Below the pieces are notes generated by a model that made no database searches, had not been told where the DNA came from, and saw only the letters and a list, made by a program, of their open reading frames with translations. Both the position numbers and the translations under genes were made by a program. This document shows positions 39,701-51,263 of a stretch of 64,000 bases of DNA, one piece after another. Location: assembly GCA_010093815.1 (NCBI GenBank), contig ML996589.1, one strand, 5' to 3'. How positions within the stretch are numbered: position 1 is the stretch's first letter; the number at the start of each line of letters is the position of its first letter. Source of the DNA: Pseudovirgaria hyperparasitica (lineage: Eukaryota).

Positions 39701-41844
39701 GGTGCAAAAAACAAGCTTCCAATATCCCTCGCATCCCCTGACATACAACTAGCATTTAACGAACTACAAGAGCCGAACTCACCCCCTCGGCCATGGGCAA
39801 GCTCACGATCAAAATACTCTTCACCAGCATTAACACAAACGACTCCAGAGCCTGTATTGCCTAGCAGGTCCTCTCTGCCACACCCACCGTCTACACCAAG
39901 CACAAACCCCGACCCCGATGATTGGGACATCGTACCGGAGCACCTCCCATCGCTCTCAGATAGATCTACAGCATCTGGTGCACTGCAGGGGAGAGATATG
40001 TATCCTCAATTACGTGTGATTGCCCAGAAAAGCACGCCTAAGGTGGCTGACGCCTCATTATCTACACATGAGACAGTAGAAGGTTTACAGAGTATCTCTA
40101 TCGTCTTAAAAGAGGGTGAGCAGGACAAGATCATTACGGAAGATTGTCTTGACACTGTCGCTGTGGATGATGATGTGCAAGACCAGATCGGAATATGTAG
40201 AGTGGTAAGTGGGACTGCATCAGGGGACAAATTATCCATGGCCACCTCGAATATTGCTCAGAAAGAGCCGAAGTTCGATCCGGTTGGAGAACCATCTACC
40301 AAAACTCGTAATAAAATCGTATCACGCAGTTATACTCCAAAACCTTATTCTCCCGCCTCCCAATATTCGTCGAGATTCCTAACAGACGATAAAACGAGCC
40401 CAACCATAGACGTTTTTGACGAAGCTATCCGTTCCACGACTCTCGAACCAACAGTAATATCTGACCCAAGTCCTGATTCCCCTGACTGTCGCTTCTCGTC
40501 GCCGAAACAACTAGTCCATGAGCATAGTCCGACCGCAAATATTCTTGCCGAGCTCAAATATTCGCTTCCCGAATCAACAGGCATATCTACTACGCCAACG
40601 CCTAGATCCACGATCTCCCGGATATCTTCACCAACCCAGCCAGATAACGCGCCCGCTAGTCCGATCGCACTTGTCCTAAATGATGCTGTCCAATCTACTT
40701 TCCTCGAACATCATCAGCTCGATGACACATCATCCTCTACTTCATTCACAACACCTTTGAACGAGCCTCAACAGGGTTTGTACAAGCCTAAGCCTGGCTT
40801 AGTCGCATCAATGGGTATGTCTACTCCATTGTCTAGTCCCCTACCTGTTGGCTTATATCACTAATTCAAATAGGTAATGCACCCAGTCTGTCTACTTTAA
40901 GGCCCAGTCTCCTCCCTACTCCATTCCTACCACCAATCCAAATAGCTAATAGGCCCAACCCAGCCAGAGAAGTCCCTGCTTATGTCCAGCCTCCTGTTCA
41001 GGAACTGTCTGAAATCGAAGAGGCCTCGTCTTCTGCTGGGACTGCAACAAGGGAGTCCCAACAGCAAGTTCCGGACACCGCAACGCCAACTACCTCGCAC
41101 CCTCAGCCCTCCTCACATCCACGAATAGATGACCCGCCTAATCGCGACCCAGACACCCCTGATAGTGTCCTATCTAACGTCGTTGAACATCATCAGCCTG
41201 AAAATGCCTCAAATTCCACCAAAGCAGGCTGGAAAAAGTCACACTGCACCCGACACAGCCTTCCACCTATTCATACACCAAACGAGCAAGACAGTCAAGA
41301 CATACCCTCTCAACACACCCCAACCGCTGCCTCATTCCCTAGGTCTGTCCAAGACCCCACTATCTCGGAACACAAAGGACATAGCTCGGCCGACGTCCCA
41401 GCCTGTCCGCAAGTCACATGTAGTTTTGTTCATGACCACGAACAGCATGAAGGGGGCGCTGATTCAATAACAGATAAAAACCCATATGCCAGCATACCTG
41501 ACGGGAAGCGTCTGTATATGGCCGAGGACGGGTATAGTCAGTGTAGGAGGCGATGTAGAGGTGAGACTGAGGGTTCAGAAAATATGGACTTGGATAATGA
41601 CCAGAAAGGGGCTAGACAGCTACAGAGTATGCAAGGTCTCGAGATCGACGATGCTAAACAATATGACCACACGGGTCATTCATCTACTGCTGCTGCTGCT
41701 GCGGGGCAAGAGCAAGTCCGGCCCAGCAACTCTCCACCGTTCAGTCCTTCAAAAAAACCGCACTGGCGTGGTGACCACCTAGTCGGCTATCAAGGTAACA
41801 TGGCAGGGAGGCCACGATGGCGGTATCCTGGACCGAGTCCTTGA
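36714..41844 (+). CDS. Large hypothetical membrane protein (~1630 aa model): N-terminal TM region, Cys-containing helical domain, two further TM segments, long S/T/P-rich tail
   Basis: Exons 36714-38422, 38465-38649, 38787-40814 and 40874-41844 join in frame (4893 nt). Donors GTGAGT, GTTAGT, GTATGT; acceptors CAG, CAG, TAG with CTGAT/CTAAT branch sites. Could instead be two genes (36714-38654 and 38735-41844). Confidence 0.6.
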
Positions 41845-42115
41845 ATCTATTAAGCTATATCTTTAGAGTATTTATAAAGCTATTGTAATATGTTAGAGAT
41901 CTATATAGTCTATATATATTCTAATTATTAAAATATAGATTAGAGTAGAGTATAAGATAGAATTCATCTTACCTCTTATACTATTGATATTATACTACAA
42001 AGATAGCACTTGAAAAGACTTCTTCATACTTTCTAAGAGACTAACTATAAGAATAGAGTAGAAATAGTCCTCTAAGAATCGTTTCTATAATATAAGTTAC
42101 TCGAAAACAGCCATT
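41845..42115. other. Short isolated AT-rich patch with RIP-like composition
   Basis: Abrupt TpA enrichment and CpA/TpG depletion relative to the flanks. Confidence 0.55.
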
Positions 42116-42529
42116 TAAGACACGATCTGTCCCTAACGGATGAACGGTTAGGTTAGCTAGATTTCGGACTCAACTCGCAGAGAAATCGACAATCAGTACA
42201 TTCATACTTCTATTACTACACCTAGATAGAACGGGGCTCTCGCGTAAAGAACGCCGAAAATATGACCAATTCGCAGCCCATGCCCCTTTATTCTAGACGT
42301 GTTGAAGATATTAAGAGTAGGAATAGTAAATGCTTCCTGGTCTATCTTTTTGTAACATTTTTTTGTTGCATGTTGTGTTGATTGGATTCCCGATTTGCTT
42401 CGGGCGACTTGTGCGAGGTGATATTTCATCTGCTTCCCTGACTAGAATGCTTCCGAAGCAGAATGAAGACAGTAAATACACGAAAGCATACATACTAGAA
42501 ACCAGGGGTTAGAGGCCCGAATCTACGTG

Positions 42530-42692
42530 TGTGAAAGCATAACGTGAACGCATAATGTGAACGCATAACTATGAAAGCAGCAAACCAAGAAACCATGACC
42601 GTGAAAGCAGCAAAACATGAAAGCATAAAAGTGAACGCTTAAACATGAAAGCATAAACGAGAAACCATGAATGTGAAGTAGAACTATGAAGT
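42530..42692. repeat. Degenerate 12-14-bp minisatellite (core TGAA[A/C]GCA)
   Basis: Repeated gtgaaagcata, gtgaacgcata, atgaaagcag and atgaaagcata units. Confidence 0.75.
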
Positions 42693-42853
42693 AGGGGCTA
42701 GCGAGCAGAAGCATATGCTAATACAAGGCATGGTAAGGATTAATGGATGATAGAGGCGTTACATACCAGACCGTAGCCGGAAAATGTTCATCTTTATATG
42801 CACTACAAAGCAGACATGTTCTCATCACATCTATGGCCACCTCCAGTATCCAA

Positions 42854-44380
42854 CTAACCCACGAAATTTTGCAGTCCATACCCTTTCTCATGATTGAACC
42901 TGTCGAACGGCCGAAACAACATCTCGACCTCAACCTTCTTGCATTGCTTTTCTGGCCCGCTTCTTTGGATTATAGCCCCTAGATCTTCTCGAACCTTCTT
43001 CAAGTCCGCCACCCATTGCATATGCGCCGCGCGAACAGTCGTAAGCTTTGTGACTGCAGGCTGAAGGGTACCGTTGAGTGACTTAAGGATAGGGGCAGCA
43101 TGGCTAGGAGAGCAGGCTGGGAACCCAGTGCGTCGCATGGGCCGGCCCCAACGGGCGAGTCTTTGGCGAAGTAGTGGCCAGATAGTGTATGTGGGCATGA
43201 ACGGCCAGGAGCTCACAGTGGTAGCCTGCATAGGGTACGGCAGGGTATACAAGTTGGAGGCGCGTGTGATACACGCCTCGGCGCTACGAAGTAAGGCCGT
43301 GTATGCATCAACGCTGGGCGATGTTTGCTGTTCGGGGTCGTATCTTAGTAAACCGTGGTTTAGTCTGTAAAGCAGGCTGTGCTGCGGTTCAAGCTTGTCT
43401 AGCATATTAAGCGCGTCGTTGAACCTGCCTATAGTGCAAGCTGGGGTGGAAGCGATTTGATTGACAGCGACTCGGAGATCTTCGCGGATGATATGCATTT
43501 GGGCCGTATGCACACGTTCGAAAAGTGCTACGCACTCTCTAAGAACGCGGTCCGGCTCGGGGTCAAGATCTATGAAGCATGTTTGATTATGGAGTGCCTT
43601 GAGGGATTCTCGGAGCGGGTGTAGAGGGGCCCAAGTCTGGATGAAATGGGTGTTTCGCTCAGCACCAACGCAAGGCGAGGGTGTGTTAATGAGGAAGCTT
43701 GCTGGGAGGTTGAGAGTGTCGAGGAGGGAGATGTATGAGGTGCTGCGGATCATGTAGCCACATTTTCTATCCCCAATGCAGTGTGAGTGCCTATCGACCC
43801 CGATAAAGGTGCAGAAAGCGCGTAATGTAAGTGAGGCGAAGAGGATATAGGCCGCGAAGCGTATCGTAGTTAGGAAAATCACAGGCGCAGAGTGAAGTGC
43901 CGAGACGGTTAGTTGAAGTGTGGCGACAATGGTGTCTGAAATGCCTACAAAGATGCCGGATGGGTGGTCTTCCTGAAGATGGCGATCATGGTCTGCGGGA
44001 AGATGGCGATCATGTCCGTCGCTCTGTGTATGGTCGTTGTTACCATCTCTGAATCTTAACCGTGTTTCTTTCGTATGACGTGAACTCTTGAGTGGAGGCG
44101 AATGCAATCTGGATGGGCGCGACTTCGCACGAGGTGTCTGTTCGTCAAAGTCGGAGCCACTACGTATATAACCCCGGATTCTCGAAATTCTCTCGGCGTC
44201 TAGACCACCCGGGATAACACCTCTTACTTTTGATGATCTCTGGATTATAGGATCCATAGTTGGCGATGGAGGAGAAAGTGGAGGGGTGCGTTCGCCGCTC
44301 GAGCTACCGGAGTCATCGCTGAAGGCTCGAGGTACTGATGCTCTTCCGGTGCGTTCTGGTCTTGCTATCTGATCAGACAT
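42854..44380 (-). CDS. Hypothetical membrane protein (508 aa), paralogue of the N-terminal part of the 36714 protein
   Basis: Long ORF with a disordered basic N-terminus, a hydrophobic segment, then Cys-anchored motifs collinear with the 36630-38426 ORF. Confidence 0.8.
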   Translation of the reverse strand: MSDQIARPERTGRASVPRAFSDDSGSSSGERTPPLSPPSPTMDPIIQRSSKVRGVIPGGLDAERISRIRGYIRSGSDFDEQTPRAKSRPSRLHSPPLKSSRHTKETRLRFRDGNNDHTQSDGHDRHLPADHDRHLQEDHPSGIFVGISDTIVATLQLTVSALHSAPVIFLTTIRFAAYILFASLTLRAFCTFIGVDRHSHCIGDRKCGYMIRSTSYISLLDTLNLPASFLINTPSPCVGAERNTHFIQTWAPLHPLRESLKALHNQTCFIDLDPEPDRVLRECVALFERVHTAQMHIIREDLRVAVNQIASTPACTIGRFNDALNMLDKLEPQHSLLYRLNHGLLRYDPEQQTSPSVDAYTALLRSAEACITRASNLYTLPYPMQATTVSSWPFMPTYTIWPLLRQRLARWGRPMRRTGFPACSPSHAAPILKSLNGTLQPAVTKLTTVRAAHMQWVADLKKVREDLGAIIQRSGPEKQCKKVEVEMLFRPFDRFNHEKGYGLQNFVG

Positions 44381-44472
44381 AACTTAGCATACAGGGGCCA
44401 AAGTAAAGGGTTGGACGGGTCTGCACAGCGCGACAACGGTGTCATTTAATGAACCGGCTATTTTGAAGGAAT

Positions 44473-44570
44473 GGTGTGAGATGTAGAGTTAGGAGAATGC
44501 TCAGCTGATGTAAATTAGGTGTGAGATGCAGAGTTGGGAATATGCGCGGCTGATATAGATCAAGTGTGAG
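44473..44570. repeat. Imperfect 45-bp tandem repeat (two units plus a partial) upstream of the 508-aa gene
   Basis: ggtgtgagatg(t/c)agagtt at 44473 and 44518, each followed by gctgat; agtgtgag at 44563. Confidence 0.75.
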
Positions 44571-44974
44571 CGAGCGTTGAGAAGGTAGATCGCGTGAAGG
44601 GGTTTTCAGCTTGTCCTTTGTGTGATCTAGAAAGAGGCTGCATGCAGTTTGTGCTGTGCGACGTCACGTCTATGCGGCACAGCACCGACATGGATAGACT
44701 CTACGTCCGTTGTAAGGTAGGAGGATACAAAGACGACGACAATGAGGATTACAGGGTAAGATATATGGGATGAAGGAACGCAGTACTTGAAGAATTGAAG
44801 ACGAGACGCGACGATCTATTGTTAATGTATAGTTACTTTGAAGGTTATTACTGTTATTGCCGAATCCGGATAAACGGTCCTCTGTTATAATACGCCTGAA
44901 GTTTGAACGGTTACGACCTACTACAAGATACAAGATACAATACATGTCCCGAACAATCCACTTTACTTTGATGT

Positions 44975-45472
44975 CTACTCTTCCGCCATCCATTGAGCCG
45001 TTGCTACAAATCCGGCAATGAAGGTGTTTGTTCTCACCGACAGATATAATCCATTCTGTCTCGCCACGTATGCCAGTCCAGTGAGTAAGCTTGCCGGCTG
45101 CCACGGGGCCCAGATCACTCTGTCATGTTTCTCATCGCCTATAATCGTTGCGAGTATATTCTCCCGGATCTGCACTACCATCAGACAGGTATGCCAGGTG
45201 AGTAAGGCGGCTTCATCCAATTCGAGGCAGAAGAGGTTGAGTGCGACGAAGCCAAAAAACTTCCATGGAAGGGCGGTGACAAGGAAGATGAGGGCGCGGA
45301 TTGGCGGGAGAATGATCGCGAATATGGGCTGGAGTTCGATGGTAATGTACTTAAGTGAGTAATAGATGAGCATGGAGAGGACGGTCATCCAGAGCACGAG
45401 TTCGAAGTCTGACATGGTGGACATGTTGAAACGAGAGATTGAAAGCGTATATTGGCTTCTTGTACGCGGCAT
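44975..45472 (-). CDS. Small hypothetical multi-pass membrane protein (165 aa)
   Basis: ATG-initiated ORF with several hydrophobic segments; divergent from the 45884 gene. Confidence 0.65.
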   Translation of the reverse strand: MPRTRSQYTLSISRFNMSTMSDFELVLWMTVLSMLIYYSLKYITIELQPIFAIILPPIRALIFLVTALPWKFFGFVALNLFCLELDEAALLTWHTCLMVVQIRENILATIIGDEKHDRVIWAPWQPASLLTGLAYVARQNGLYLSVRTNTFIAGFVATAQWMAEE

Positions 45473-45883
45473 GTATGAGGGTGATGGTGAGGGAGAGAGG
45501 AAAGGTGACGGGCGATGGTTAGAAGAGGAGGTGAGTCAAAGACAAAGAGCCATCATGTCGTACAATATCTCCGTTTGCGGTCGCGGTCACGGCTCCCTCG
45601 TTTCCTGTCAATCCGTCCAGCGCTCTGGAATGTGTTTGTTGTACCATGTCTGACCGTAGTAATCGAATACGGATACGCTGGATTGCGTAGCCAATTCACC
45701 CTATGCAGTCATGCCGCTTGTTGATCACTGCGAAACAGCGTATTTGAGTATAAATAACCGAGATGAAAATCCCAACTACCAACCCGAAAGTAAACTCCTC
45801 TCAGATCGAGCGTCCGCAACGAGGCAACTTCTCATCTACTCCTTGCAAACACGGTTCAGGCTGCGGTACATCCATCTGTCGTC

Positions 45884-47101
45884 ATGGACTCTAATATGGT
45901 CTTCGATCCCACGTCGTGGTTCGTCAACGAAGAGCCCACACAGGCGTTTGCATCAACTCTTAGCACAACCACTCCCACTGCGACATTGGTACCGGCAGCT
46001 ACCCCCTCTGCTTTCCTTGATATCATTGAGCGTACGGCCGTAAGTTATTTTGGTCCCAAATGGGACCTCATGTACGCCAAGATCGACACAGTCATCCTGT
46101 TCGGACAGGAGACAGCCCGGGCGCTCGCAGCCGCGAGGGACAATATAAAGGATAGCATTTGTGAGCTTCCCACCACGTGGTTGGACGCGGCAACGTGGAG
46201 GGCGTGGGCAATGGTGAGACAATCGGCGGTCAACTTGTCACTTGAGGCGCAGATCTTCTACGGCTCGCTTCTGCTATACTCCTTATATAGACGCAGCCGG
46301 AACGTGCAGAACCTGGTTGGGAATCTAGGAGCGGTGACTGGGAACGCAATTAGGTTGGTCGTCTTCGCAAGAGAAGATGTGCAAGTTCCCGTAGTGGAAG
46401 ATGGTATGTTTACCCTGCCTGGAACAATGACCACTCAAGGATTGCAGACTAACCCTTATATGGCGCCTATGGAAGGAGTAACATCACCAGCAATAACAGC
46501 TTCGCCAGTTTCACCAGTGACAGTCGCCGTGAAAACAGAAAGGGATGTTATCGGGCATGAAGAAGTCATGATGTTCAACCGAACTTTCACGGTACAAAAG
46601 CTGGTAAATGGACAGGTCCTGATCGGAATACAAATCGAACAAGACGACATCGTGGCGAGTCCATCTCTTCGGTCAGTATCCAAGTCGGTAAGCCCTCAGG
46701 GCGGTTCTTTGGAACATCTTTCAGACCATATTTCCAACCATGCCAGTGACCTGCAAGGTTTCAAAGAGTCCCTTGTGGAATGGGATGGACAGTCCAGGCG
46801 ACGTGCGTCGCGACGTTTAGCAGGCAAGGATCCAGAGGTTGATCCCGCCTTCAGCAACCTCCAACCTCTCGGCTCTCAGCGTAAGCGAAAGAACAGTGAA
46901 GTTGATGGCGATGAACAAATAGCCCGTCCTGCAGGCGATGAACAAATAGCTCGTCCTACAGATGGCACACAGTCCAAAAGACCAAAAGGATCAGCCAGTA
47001 AGGATTTTGACAGGGCCTCCGGCATCGCTCCGCCAACTCTTCAGCAATACAAGCAATACAAGCAACGCAAGCAGCGCAAGCAACGTCTACGAAGGAAATA
47101 G
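45884..47101 (+). CDS. Hypothetical protein (405 aa) with a basic C-terminus and internal peptide repeats
   Basis: Long ORF containing RRRASRRLAGKDPE, RKRK, GDEQIARP twice (27-bp repeat) and QYK/QRK 9-bp repeats. Confidence 0.75.
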   Translation: MDSNMVFDPTSWFVNEEPTQAFASTLSTTTPTATLVPAATPSAFLDIIERTAVSYFGPKWDLMYAKIDTVILFGQETARALAAARDNIKDSICELPTTWLDAATWRAWAMVRQSAVNLSLEAQIFYGSLLLYSLYRRSRNVQNLVGNLGAVTGNAIRLVVFAREDVQVPVVEDGMFTLPGTMTTQGLQTNPYMAPMEGVTSPAITASPVSPVTVAVKTERDVIGHEEVMMFNRTFTVQKLVNGQVLIGIQIEQDDIVASPSLRSVSKSVSPQGGSLEHLSDHISNHASDLQGFKESLVEWDGQSRRRASRRLAGKDPEVDPAFSNLQPLGSQRKRKNSEVDGDEQIARPAGDEQIARPTDGTQSKRPKGSASKDFDRASGIAPPTLQQYKQYKQRKQRKQRLRRK

Positions 47102-47449
47102 GAGGTGCGACACTATAAAAACAGTGAGCCAGTCTGTTAAGACAAGTTAGTGCATAGTGTTTTCTTGATGGAATAGATCCCATATTGTAGCTTTTACAGT
47201 CGTTGGAAACGATTGGAATGGAACGTACGAGGACGGAATACACTTGTGATGTTTCTAGTTTACATTGAGCCCTGGCGCTTCTGTACGTGTAAGCCAATAA
47301 TAGGTTATAGGTATTTTCGCGGAGCTAGGGCTCTGTCTTACAATGAATGGCGTCTCTTTATCCCCCTCTCGTACATATCTAGGTGAATTCCATCTCGAGA
47401 CTGGCGTATGACCCCCGCAAACGCAAGTCAAGGATACATTAGACTTATC

Positions 47450-49786
47450 ACATGGTTAGCGATACAACGACTTATTAGAGCAAAAATCCGTGGGCCATCC
47501 TGTCTTCATGGGAAAGGGGAGGCGACCCGGCGAAGGCGCAGGCACGCACTGAAGGAATGCCATAACTTTTAGAATCCTCCTATTGCAGCTGAAATCTCTA
47601 ACCGAAAAGATTGGCCTCCGTCTGAAGTCGTTGTAAGCGTACGTTTCATGTGCGCGCAAGCGTTCAGTCCTTGGCCATTGAAATGAGGACTTATCTCATT
47701 GGTGGCTACAACGTGCCGTTGATCACCCACATCTGCGGCCCAGATGGCAAAGCTTTGAAAATTGCTCGTCTGGTAGGCGGAAAAGAAGCTGTGCCTGATG
47801 CGAATACACTACGAATATAGGTATGCACATGGATATGGAGGAGCCAGTATTGTGTTGAACCAAGACAACCGACAGACCTGTGTGAATAAGACGGAAAGGG
47901 CAAGGCAAATTTATAGTAGCACCGTGTGATGCTTCTTGAGATTGTACTGCGGGTCGAATGCTCTTGATTTATCGGAGAGTGACCGGTTGATCGCCTCTGG
48001 CTGTCTACTTATCCAGTTTCTGGATATATGGCAACTGAATGTGGAGGAGGAGGCCGTCAGTGGCTTCTCTTTAACAGCATCCAATTCTGCGAAGCAACTG
48101 ACGTTCGTTTGTTCGAGGTCTTATGTACTAACGTAGAGAGGACCATACCTATTGGAAGATAATGATGGACTGCCAGGAATTCTCAGCCTGGATGGATCTC
48201 AGTAGCCATTCGCACTCCAGTCTGCGGTGTCCAGTCTGAGCTTGCCATCCCTTCCAGGTGTTCGACATGCGTGTTATGCTATTAGCGCTACCTAAAAATG
48301 ATAACGGATGCCCATCCATATACCCTCCTTCACGACTAGCAACGTCTGCCTCCCACGACATTTAGGATTCCAGGCAGATGACGCGCTGCTGCAAACCGGA
48401 GGACGCCGTTAACCTTGCTTGAGACCTCGGCGTTACGAGCATGCAGCGCTGCGGTTCCTTTGTGTAGTAATCTATCGGCCTCTGTGGTGGCGTATAACTG
48501 CTAGGCTGGTTATCCTAGTCAAAGATGGGTTGGGTTCCTCTCGCTAGAAACTGTTAAGCTGCGTATGCAATGCGCGGTATACGGATGCGATGTTTTATCG
48601 CCGTACATGGCTGCGGCGATGTTGTCGTGACGAGGGAGTGAGTCTACTGGCGGGCACCGCGACTATCCATCCATCCATGGATTCAAATTTGCATCCATCC
48701 ATCTTCATAGCCACCCCGGAGTTCTTCAAACAGCTTCCCGCACCAGGTAAGATAGCATGCCATTCATCACAATTACTCTCTGTCTCTGAGGCTGAATGTA
48801 GGCAAAGGTTGAGCATAATGTATTGTGCGCCCTTATCATTGTCAACGCCAGCGTGTCTCCGCGAAATCTCGAGCCCATGGCGCACCCGAGCAGCACCAGG
48901 TGTCCTAGATGCATCTCTACGAACTGCCATGCGATCTATTAGGCCTTCTTCGATCGTATCGTAGATAACGCGAATGACGCTGCGAGCAATATTCGGACAG
49001 CTGCGCGTCGATAGCACCGTTTTCACGGCTACTTGAACGAGCCTTGCTGCTTCATCCGCCGGGTACAAGACGATATCCTACATCTTCGAGCACATTCCTA
49101 TGGTGGGACAATTAGCAGATACTTACACCATGATAGCACGAGACGGTGATGCATGTGACGATGCATGTGGCCTCGTACGGGCAGCATCTTTGCTCTGGTG
49201 CTGACTGAGGACTAATTATGATCATCTAGAGGCCCACCATTCACGAAAGACCCATCCTACGTCCTACCATTCGAATCGGTCTCGTAGTAACCGTCCCGTG
49301 TCAGCTACATATGAATGATTATAAGAAGAGTCTAGGCTTCATGGATGATTAAGTGAACAAGTGTTCTCGGAAGGGATTGGATTAGCAGAGCTACAAAGGC
49401 GCTGGCAGACTACCCTCGTACGTATGCCCGACAAAACTTCTGACGTGCTCATTCGCCATCTTCTATTCTCGCGGCCTCGATAACATGGGCTACGTATATG
49501 TGCAACCCTCTCACGCGCCTACGATGTGTAAATAGCATTAGTTGAGGGCAAAAATGCGTGGACCATCAACGAGACCTTGTGGATTTGAGACAATCTCCAT
49601 GGAACAAGTCAAAGGACAGCGCGTCGTAGTTTTAGCTTAGTCGACTGCTTCCAACTGATGCCACTCGGAATGTGACAAGGCAGGCTACGCAAGGGGAGCC
49701 GTGAAGAGACGGAAACAAGACACAAGGAGATCATATTAGCGTACGGCGTGGACTGGACATGGGATTGAACCGAGAGTGAAGAGCTT
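47450..49786 (-). pseudogene. Probable degraded coding region, originally contiguous with 61109 onward before the Copia insertion
   Basis: Several broken minus-strand ORFs (48595-49068, 48149-48361). The ACGGA TSD shows the two flanks were adjacent. No recognisable domain. Confidence 0.35.
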
Positions 49787-49791
49787 ACGGA

Positions 49792-49953
49792 TATTATTAG
49801 TAGAAAGTAGACGTGATTGAGGTCATTGAATGTATTCTGTAATTGTGTGTAGAGAACTAAGTTCTGGGAGACAGAGTCGAAGCTATTTAACCGTTTAGAC
49901 ACTAGTCCCGTTTAGGAAGTAGTATCTCTTACTTAAAGTACCTTCCGATAACA
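49792..49953 (-). repeat. Copia 3' LTR
   Basis: Matches 60942-61103 with 12 differences, all transitions. Confidence 0.96.
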
Positions 49954-50318
49954 CTCCCCCATACTAAGTATATATATATATACTTAGTAATATTAGAATA
50001 AAGGAAAGCTTAAAGTAAGTAATAGTAAGAGATAGTACTAAAAGAATAAAGGAAAGAGTAGTACAAGTAAGATAACTCTACTATAAACTAATTATCGTCT
50101 TTATTTAATTTAGTAGTAGTAAGGGTAGTTCTTTTATTCCTATATTAGTAATATTATTATAACTTATAATATACTAAATAGATATAACTCTATTAGTAAA
50201 TAATTCTTAAACCGCGTAATAGTATATCGCGATATATTTAGACCGTACTATGATTTACTAGTTTCGGATAAGGGCTATTATAGCTTAATTATCCGTAAGA
50301 AGATAGAGAACTAGAATA

Positions 50319-51263
50319 ATAATAATAATATTAATATTAGTGTTTAACTAGGAAGAACTATATATATAGCCATATATATGCTCCATAGGCTTAGGCCTCC
50401 TCTAGTATTGGCTGCTATATATATAAGAAAACCTCCTATGATTAGCTCCCTAACTAGACCCTATTACTAACCTAACCTAGCCTAGTCTAAGTCCTCGAAT
50501 CCTATTAGGTGATAAACTTACTTCTTATCCTTATATTAGGCTTTTATTACTATATTAGTACCGGCTCTTAATAACGCCCTAACTAACTATAGTAGGTATT
50601 ACCTTTCTTATGATTAGGTAGGTCGCTAGGCTAGGCCTAGTCTTTTATTCCTATATTACCGTGTTTTTTCCTATCCATGGGAATATAGCTTTACGCCGGG
50701 TAGTAGTTATTAATTAAGATGACTAATGCCGGAGGGGGTATATATCTAATAGGTCCATGCCTTAGCACTAACCCTAGCTAGGCCGAATTCGGAAATTATT
50801 CTTCGGGGCTATATAATCGTCTATAGATAGGCGGGATACTTAATTAGGTATTACTATCTATTTCGTGGTTACCGAGCCGGAGTAAGCGCGAGCTAAGCCG
50901 GATTAGGGTGGACAAGGCCCTAGTATATAGTGAAAATTCTATGATTCGAGCTAAGCTAGTTATGGGTCTAGCTACTCTAGGCGTCGCTCTACCACTTAAG
51001 GTGGCTTAGTAGGTGGCTATATTAGGTAATTCTCATTATATAATAACGGTATAGTCATTTTCATATTACCTAATGGTCGCTTAGGACTAAGTAGTTATAT
51101 AACGGTAACCTTCACGTCACGTGCTCGCTTAGCCCCGTATACTTTTTAATAGAGTGTGCGAAAACTAGTACATAAAAAGGTGGCCGTTATAGGATTCAAA
51201 CCCACGACGTTGGATAACAAACGCTTCTAGTAACGTAGTACACTACCACTACGCCACCTGGCT
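50319..51263 (-). mobile_element. tRNA-derived SINE (~945 bp) with a LINE-like 3' end, inserted in the Copia RNase H region
   Basis: 12-bp TSD agaactagaata (50307-50318, 51264-51275). (ATT)n tail. Pol III A box TGGCGTAGTGG (51256-51246) and B box GGTTTGAATCC (51202-51192) at the 5' end. The Copia RNase H frame resumes across the insertion. Confidence 0.88.
51178..51263 (-). promoter_or_regulatory. tRNA-like SINE head (internal Pol III promoter, A and B boxes)
   Basis: Minus strand reads AGCCAGG-TGGCGTAGTGG-(43 nt)-GGTTTGAATCC-TATAACGGCCA. The acceptor stem is imperfect. Confidence 0.8.

Noticed and set aside
51178..51263. A functional tRNA gene
   Set aside because: Poor acceptor stem, altered B box, and it forms the head of a TSD-flanked insertion.
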